Part shown: positions 27,643 to 34,100 of the stretch, one piece after another
How the letters are laid out: every line of letters begins with the position of its first letter
How positions within the stretch are numbered: the stretch's first letter is position 1
DNA from: an uncultured Planctomycetia bacterium
Lineage (GTDB): Bacteria > Omnitrophota > Gorgyraeia > Tantalellales > Tantalellaceae
Reading direction: 5' to 3'
NCBI GenBank assembly: GCA_964580895.1
Contig: CAZOMD010000001.1
Span: 1-48,756 of the forward strand
DNA: 48,756 nt
Translations under genes and position numbers: made by a program
Notes under the pieces: model-generated
Seen by the model: only the letters and a program-made list of their open reading frames with translations
Databases searched by the model: none
What the model was told of the DNA's origin: nothing

Positions 27643-28761
27643 TTACCACTTATCCATCCCTAGCTCCTTACCCCATCCCTGCGCATATCCTGCTGTGAGC
27701 TCATCCCATACCAATGGATGATAATAGCACTTCGCTCTAAAACCATTAATCTTCTCATCGGCTTCCATAAAATATTCATGCAGTTCGTCGCTCCTCTCAT
27801 AAAATTCTTGATTAGACCAGTGCAGAGAACGCTCTAGTAGATCTTTCTCTGGGTCTTTAGGATAAAAACCTTCCTTAAAATCTAAATTTTTACAAAGATA
27901 TTTGATAAAACTATCTTGGCTTTTGTCGTCCTGTTTTATTTTTGAATTTAATATAAATCTTATGGCCGATTCTGCTATAAGCGATCCATCTCCGCTTACC
28001 GATAGAGCAATTAAATAATCTAAAAACGTATCCCCTTCCACCAATGAAAGTAACTTATCGAAATCTGGCAGAACTTTTGTGACGGGCCATGCCAATGAAA
28101 CCACAAGCCCATCCTTTGATTCAAAGATTTCAGTTTTTACATGTTCCGATATTTGACTCGAAATATTTTTAAACAATCTATAACTAAATACTTCTTCTTG
28201 ATCCTCTTTTTTTTCGTCAAATTTTTCAGATTGAGTGCCTGGCGAATAGATAATTTTAGAATTCTCCGAATTTTCAACTATTCCTAAATTTGCCTTAAAC
28301 TTACCTACGATTTCATTAAAATATTTTAACAAGCTTTCGAGGTGAACAAATATTCCCTTCTCCACAATATGCCCATGAGAAACAATATTCCGCAGGTATT
28401 CAATCTCTCCGACTTTTACGATGAATATTTCCTTATCAATGTTAGTTTTGCCTTTAAAGTAACTCCAAACTTCATTTTTTGAAGTCAATATTTCCTGCAA
28501 CTCAAACAGCGTAATATGCCAAAAAGGATGCGTGTAGCTTTCCGCCGTAAGATAGTTATACCTCCTGAAAGCTTTTCTTCGTAAACCTATTTTCTGTGAA
28601 ATATTTTCGGGAATGTTCCTTTTCCATTCTACACAATAAACTGCAATGTATGTTGCATAACAAATTTTCCTCAAAAATTGTTCTATGTGAAAAATTTCTG
28701 CATACAATTTAATATTGTTTTGTAAAGCTTGATCCCTAATTTCATTTTTTCCCGGATTCAT
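27643..28761 (-). CDS. Swt1-like HEPN-domain protein with an unknown C-terminal half
   Basis: The layout FHIEQFLRKI...VEWKRNIPENI...FELQEIL...W..F...YLRNIVSHGH carries the R-x4-H HEPN motif (RNIVSH). Confidence 0.65.
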   Translation of the reverse strand: MNPGKNEIRDQALQNNIKLYAEIFHIEQFLRKICYATYIAVYCVEWKRNIPENISQKIGLRRKAFRRYNYLTAESYTHPFWHITLFELQEILTSKNEVWSYFKGKTNIDKEIFIVKVGEIEYLRNIVSHGHIVEKGIFVHLESLLKYFNEIVGKFKANLGIVENSENSKIIYSPGTQSEKFDEKKEDQEEVFSYRLFKNISSQISEHVKTEIFESKDGLVVSLAWPVTKVLPDFDKLLSLVEGDTFLDYLIALSVSGDGSLIAESAIRFILNSKIKQDDKSQDSFIKYLCKNLDFKEGFYPKDPEKDLLERSLHWSNQEFYERSDELHEYFMEADEKINGFRAKCYYHPLVWDELTAGYAQGWGKELGMDKW

Positions 28762-28810
28762 GCGAAATCTCCTTTTGGAATATTCGAAACATTCCCGATT
28801 TAATTCATAG

Positions 28811-28848
28811 ACCTGTATTGTTTTGTTCGGAAGCCCACCCTTATTCTA
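28811..28848 (+). repeat. Direct repeat Rb', copy 2
   Basis: See 27588-27642. Confidence 0.7.
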
Positions 28849-28929
28849 ATCCCAACTCTGTCTCTTTTTCAACGTTTTCGCGAAACATAAAGAAAAATTG
28901 CGGGTTGCCGGAAGATCGATACTCTGGAG

Positions 28930-29048
28930 CTTGTTTTTGTTATTTTAAACTTCCAGTTCCGGGAAATGACCTATGCTGCGAAACGGTAACGGGGTCAGTT
29001 CCCGGAAATGGAAGTTTCCCGTCCTTCGGAACCGGTTAACCGGCGAAC
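28930..29048 (+). repeat. Direct repeat Rc copy 1, with a 24-bp-arm imperfect hairpin
   Basis: Matches 31013-31118. Arms aacttccagttccgggaaatgacc (28948-28971) and ggtcagttcccggaaatggaagtt (28993-29016) pair at 22/24 around a 21-nt loop. Confidence 0.85.
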
Positions 29049-29096
29049 CCTGCCTACCGGCAGGCAGGCAACGGCGTCCCTCGCCCCTCGGAACCC

Positions 29097-29133
29097 CCTC
29101 TGACTCTTTGACTCTCTGAATCTCTGACTCTTT
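29097..29133 (+). repeat. 8-nt periodic array (YNTGAMTC)
   Basis: ctgactc tttgactc tctgaatc tctgactc. Related arrays at 43527-43560 and, inverted, at 20468-20490. Confidence 0.8.
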
Positions 29134-29138
29134 ATAAT

Positions 29139-29186
29139 CAACCAACGAACCGGCGAACAGGCAAACCGGTAAACTGGCTAACCAAC
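29139..29186 (+). repeat. 8-nt periodic array (NNGNNAAC)
   Basis: caac caac gaac cggcgaac aggcaaac cggtaaac tggctaac caac. Confidence 0.8.
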
Positions 29187-29209
29187 TCCTCCACCCGCTC
29201 CGCCAGACA

Positions 29210-29776
29210 TCACGGCTGGGTAGTAGTCATCGTCCCGTCAAATGTCGAAATCTCTTCTTTCGGCTTTAAAGCGATCTTAAGGCCGAGGGTTTTGGCGATC
29301 TTATTTATTGTTTTGAACGAGAAATTGATATTGCCGTTCTCTATAGAAGAGATGGTCTGCTGCGATACGCCAGTCTCTTTTGAGGCGTTTTTTTGTGTCC
29401 AGGCTTTTCCTTTTCTGGCCTTTCTGAGCGTACTTCCGATCTCGACCATTTCTTTTTCAGCTGTTTTTTTTACCGCTTTTTTCGCGCCGATCTTCCCTTT
29501 ATCGATATTCTTTAAAGCGATTTTATAAACTTCGTCCCAAAAAATAATTCTCTTATCGTTCCACTTATTTTGGCGCATCCGCCTTTTAATGGCGTTCCAA
29601 TTCCGGCAAAAGACGATCACATCAAGATATTCCGAAAAAACTTCTTTCGGCGTATTCATCCTTGATAACAGCAAAGAGGCATATTCAATAAATTTCGCGT
29701 TCGAACTATCTTTTAAGACCTTCTTGATCTTATCTATATCGGAGTTTTTATCCCAGAAAATATTATCGCTCATCAT
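29210..29776 (-). CDS. XRE-family HTH protein with an unknown N-terminal domain (putative antitoxin)
   Basis: C-terminal WTQKNASKETGVSQQTISSIENGNINFSFKTINKIAKTLGL is an HTH_3-type motif. ATGA overlap with the upstream AbiEii gene. Confidence 0.75.
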   Translation of the reverse strand: MMSDNIFWDKNSDIDKIKKVLKDSSNAKFIEYASLLLSRMNTPKEVFSEYLDVIVFCRNWNAIKRRMRQNKWNDKRIIFWDEVYKIALKNIDKGKIGAKKAVKKTAEKEMVEIGSTLRKARKGKAWTQKNASKETGVSQQTISSIENGNINFSFKTINKIAKTLGLKIALKPKEEISTFDGTMTTTQP

Positions 29777-30492
29777 AATTCATCCTCGATCTCAGCTTTA
29801 ACGATCCTTTCGATCTCATCCCTAAAATGCCTCTCTATTTCCCGATAATCGATCCTCTGTTGAGTTATTATATCTAAAAGATCGCCTTTGATCGTATTCC
29901 TATCATAGGATCTATACCACAGGACCAATCCCTCTTTCATTACCGCGGTACAGAATTTCTTCGCGAAGTCTGAAAGGGGCAGAAAGGTCTTTGAAAGATG
30001 ATATAGGTCAAAAAAATCCTTGGCTTCCTGCCGTCCTCCATAAAATCTTTTTTTGCCAACGTCATCCGTTTGAATAAAACTTCCGCTAACCGTGAATATT
30101 TTCCTTAAATATATATCGTTAAGAGATAGGACCGGCACCCCTTCCATCATTTTAAGCGGCTCAAGTAACTTATGATAATCTTCAATAAAATCAAGTTTAA
30201 GAACTTCTTCAGAACCGGCTATCGGAACAGAATAAACCATCATTTTAGCCATATCCACAGTCTTTTGTTCCCCGATCAACTTGATCTCAACTTTAATCGA
30301 ATCTGAAATATGCGCGACGATATCGTTGATCTTCTTTTTATTAAAATCTTGAGTAAAAAAATCGAGATCAAAAGATTCCCTGTGCTCAAAGTAAAATAAT
30401 GACAAAGCTGTTCCTCCGGCTAAATAAAAGCCCGCCAGCTTCTTTGCCAAAACTGCCAACACTTTATCCCTTAATTTTAAAACCTTTTTCAT
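29773..30492 (-). CDS. AbiEii/AbiGii-family nucleotidyltransferase (type IV TA toxin-like)
   Basis: FYLAGGTALSLFYFEHRESFDLDFF matches the DUF1814/AbiEii N-terminal signature. Confidence 0.75.
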   Translation of the reverse strand: MKKVLKLRDKVLAVLAKKLAGFYLAGGTALSLFYFEHRESFDLDFFTQDFNKKKINDIVAHISDSIKVEIKLIGEQKTVDMAKMMVYSVPIAGSEEVLKLDFIEDYHKLLEPLKMMEGVPVLSLNDIYLRKIFTVSGSFIQTDDVGKKRFYGGRQEAKDFFDLYHLSKTFLPLSDFAKKFCTAVMKEGLVLWYRSYDRNTIKGDLLDIITQQRIDYREIERHFRDEIERIVKAEIEDEL

Positions 30493-30501
30493 AACAACTC
30501 A

Positions 30502-30530
30502 ATTATACATGATAAACTTTAAATTTTCAA
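30502..30530 (-). promoter_or_regulatory. Promoter of the AbiEii-XRE pair (very short leader)
   Basis: Minus strand reads TTGAAA, 17 nt, TATAAT, with only 9 nt between the -10 and the ATG. Confidence 0.55.
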
Positions 30531-30638
30531 GCAGAATACTAACTATATTGGTATTTAAAATGAAATATCAAGTTTGTATGATTATATTAACCTGGGGAGT
30601 GCTGTAGAAACATTCGTAACGCCATATAATACAAGTTG

Positions 30639-30965
30639 TTACGCGCAGAGCTCGCGGGGACGCTCAAAACATGCTAGGTCCGGATCAGAGTAACACCATG
30701 GAACATATGACGATATCGCATTTGAACGTGCGCTGTCTTGGGTGTTCTGACGGGGCTTCATGAGCCTCGCAAGCTTGGTCTCTCCGAAGCCATAATATTT
30801 AGCCATAAGGACATGGTTTAGCTGCCAATTACCAAAATCATTTGTAACTTGGCGAGGAAAGTTCGAAGGCGAGTGTAGAGGAAACTTTTGCGCAGGAAAA
30901 AATTTTACGTCCCCGGAAGAATACCCGGGACCGCTTCCGCTGTAACGGTCTATCCATCGATACAA
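30639..30965 (-). CDS. Questionable ORF (108 aa), possibly a gene remnant
   Basis: No recognisable motif. Low-complexity N-terminus and no obvious RBS. Only the central stretch (NWQLNHVLMAKYYGFGETKLARLMK) looks protein-like. Confidence 0.25.
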   Translation of the reverse strand: MYRWIDRYSGSGPGYSSGDVKFFPAQKFPLHSPSNFPRQVTNDFGNWQLNHVLMAKYYGFGETKLARLMKPRQNTQDSARSNAISSYVPWCYSDPDLACFERPRELCA

Positions 30966-31012
30966 TTTGTTCCGCGGATGGTTGAAATGTTACGAAAATC
31001 GAGAATTCGGAT

Positions 31013-31118
31013 CTTGTTTTTGTCGCCTTGGACTTCCAGTTCCGGGAAATGACCTCTGCTGCGAAACGGTAACGGGGTCAGTTCCCGGAAATGGAAGTTT
31101 TCCGTCCTTCGGAACCGG
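31013..31118 (+). repeat. Direct repeat Rc copy 2, with the same long hairpin
   Basis: See 28930-29048. Lies immediately 3' of the giant operon. Confidence 0.85.
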
Positions 31119-31159
31119 CTAACTGGCTAACCGGTTAACTGGCCAACCGGCGAACCAAC
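31108..31159 (+). repeat. 8-nt periodic array (NNGNNAAC)
   Basis: cggaac cggctaac tggctaac cggttaac tggccaac cggcgaac caac, with exact period 8. Runs into the stop codon of the giant ORF. Confidence 0.85.
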
Positions 31160-34100
31160 TACACCGCGCTCGCTATTTTCTCCGTCTCGGCGTTATATCT
31201 CGCTTTAAGCACTTCCAACTCGAGCTTTCCCGCCGTCGGGATGAATATAAAATTCCTCGCCGTCTCTCCTTCCGAAACAAGAATGAACGGGTCGTTTATT
31301 ATTGTGTCCCCGTCGAACGCGAGTCTAAGCGCTATTTCTATCATCCGGAGAAGCCTCACATCGCCGGTTTCCGGGAAACTCTCAAGGCGCGACACCTCGG
31401 CGAAGAACGCCCATTTCGACGCGTCGTCCCCCGGCCGTAACCAGTCAAACGCGCTACCGTCGAAAATCCCTTCTTTACCCAAAAGTACTATATTAGACAG
31501 TGGTATCTTCATGAACTTATTCGTATCACGGCTAAGTTCATCCATTTTTGAACTGACTTCGGAAGCAAGCCCCTCGGCGTTCCCCCTGACTATAATGATG
31601 TTATTTAACCCTTTCTTTTCGGAAAGTTTCGTAAGCTCGTTCACAAGGCCCTGTATGGCCGCCCTTTGCATATCCGGGATCCAGCTCGTGTCTATCCCTA
31701 CAATAACCCCTTCATTTTTTCTCTTAGCCTCATATGCCCTCGCCACTAACTGATCAAAGAGGCGCTGGACTTCTTTTGCCGCTTTTCCATCTTGTTTTAT
31801 CCCGGCCTCTTCCCTTTCGATATCGCGGACGGCTTTTTCGAGATCGTTGAAAAATTCGCGGGCTTTCGTTTCAAAGAACAGCAGATAGTCGTGCATAACA
31901 CGCGTCTCGGGATATTTTTCTGCCGGTATTATTTTTTTGAATTCCTCTCGTGTATGAGCGATGAGTTTAAGATGTTTTTCTTTTAGCGCCAATATCTCCG
32001 TCACAGTATCGCGCGCCGGCGGATAGTCATAATTGAGCCGGGAATATTCCGGAAGGCTGCCCTTGAAGCTGTAAAGTTCAGTCTCCAGGTCCTTATATAA
32101 TTCAAATATTTTTTCCTTTGTTTCGCCGTCTAACCCGACTCTTTTCGAGTTTATCTTCAGCCCGATGACAATAAGCGCGTTCTTGGGATGGTCCCAGACA
32201 TATTGCCCCGCGACATAAAGCAGATAGTTATATGAAGCTTCGGGACAGGTGACTTTCATTTCCGACCGGTATTCCGGCGAATTAAGGCGCCGCGCTCTTC
32301 CAAACGTGCTTTCCTCGTTACGCACCCTGTCCGCGGGATCTTTCCACGCATCCAGATATTCTTCGCCGTACGGCTCCTCGCCCGGCGCCGCGCTTTTTTC
32401 AGCGGGAGGCGTCTCCGTCTTCCCGGCAAGAGTAGAGCCGTCTTTATCTTTCGGTATTTTGATAGTAAATACGGAGCCCTTACCTTCTTCCGAATGGATG
32501 TCGATCCTCGCGCCGTGGTCCTTCAGGACATACCATGCTTCGGCGAGACCTAACCCCGTCCCGGTTTCTTTTGTCGTGACATTAATGTCGTATATCGCCG
32601 GCCTTCCGTTTGGCCCTATTTTTAAGAAATCACTCGCCACTCCGCCGCCATTATCCTCTATCTTTATCGCCACCCAATCCCCGTCTTCCTCAATATCTAT
32701 ATCCACCCTCATGTCCTTTTGTCCGGAATATTTCCCGGCGCTTGACCACGCGTTCCGCACGATATTGGCGACCGCGTTCAGCAGAGACAGCCTGTCCCCG
32801 GATATATACATTTCTTTTTCCGGTACGCTTCGCATCCCCACGCCGTACAACATGGCCTCATCCGGATACCTGCCCGTATTCCACCGAGCCGCGTCCTCAA
32901 CAAGTTTTTTTATCCCGATCTTCTCTTCCGATGTTCTGCCGTCCGCGAACCTAAGCCGGTTATTCAAGATCTCTTTCGCCAGGTGAAGATGTTTTACCAT
33001 TCTTTCCAGATCCGGAAGTCTTTTCTCTCCCAAAGCGTTCTCCCCAAGCGAGGAGCGGCCCGATCCCAGCTTGCATGCCTCCATGAACGAATTCGCGGTT
33101 TCATACAATTCGTCCGCCTCGCCGGTAAGCTTTTCCAAAGTGCCGCGCCATTCATTGATTTCATCCGGATCATCCTGTTTTATCAGGGTTATTTCCCTGA
33201 CTTTAAAATAAAGATCTTTTACGTCTTTCTCCAGCTTTTTACACTTCTCTATCTTCGCGCGCGTTTCGTCCGGCATAAGTCCGCCAAGATCCCCGTCTTT
33301 AAAGGCCATAAAGGCGTCAACCAGCCTGGCCCCCGGGTCTGTCGCCGGGCCGTGATCAAAGGTCCTGATTGCGATCGCGACGCGTTCGGCCTTTTCCCTT
33401 ATCTCGTTCCGCTGGACCTTGATCGCTTCCTGCTTTTCTTTTTCCTGGATAAGCCTGTACGCTTTATAAAGCGTTTCTTCCTTGGCGGGGCTGAATATCC
33501 TCATGTCGCCGTAATCGGCGACAGCCCGTTCCTTAACGGCATCCTCTATCTTTATGCTCGAGGTCATCTCGATGAGTTTTTCGAGCCTCGAAGTTATGTC
33601 TATCCTGCGGAATATATTATTGAATTCGTACGCGCTTGAAGACCCGGCGTCCCCGGAGGTGCTAACGGAGATCTTTAGTTTCAGGTCAAAATTATATCTG
33701 CCGCCAAAAAGCTCTTTAAGCCTTTCCTCGGAGCGGCGCTTCACGTTTATCAAGATATCGGTCAGGACATTTATGAACCTGTCTTGATCTATCCTGTCTT
33801 CGAGGGATATCAGGAATCTGTCCGGCGGGGACCTCCCGAAAACAGCTTTCGTAATATCGGAGCTCTTGAACGCTTTCTCTATCTCTTCCGCGAGAACGGT
33901 AATGACGAGGTTCGCGTCGTCGTGCCCGAGGGCGGCGTTAAGCGCGTGGAACCCGCCTTTTTCGCGTGAAAGTTCCCCGGTATACGAAGTTATCTCAAAA
34001 GCCATGAGCGTTTCGCCGATCCTATCCCTGAACTTATCCTCCTCATAAAATCCGGTGAGGGTATCTATCCCTTCTTCCTTCTCGCCGCTTCCGAGCTTAA

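Noticed and set aside
20975-31118. Classical integron with attC sites
   Set aside because: There is no IntI gene in the window. The repeat hairpins do not consistently show the R''/R' core sites (RYYYAAC / GTTRRRY). I kept this only as an analogy in the cassette finding.
28930-31159. CRISPR array
   Set aside because: There are only two copies of the 108-bp element, separated by about 2 kb of coding DNA. The periodic arrays have 8-nt units with no spacers, and there are no cas genes.
32440-32830. Calling giant protein B a classical sensor histidine kinase
   Set aside because: The ATPase domain is clear. However, no canonical H-box/DHp is recognisable upstream and no response regulator is nearby, so I kept the call to HK-type ATPase only.
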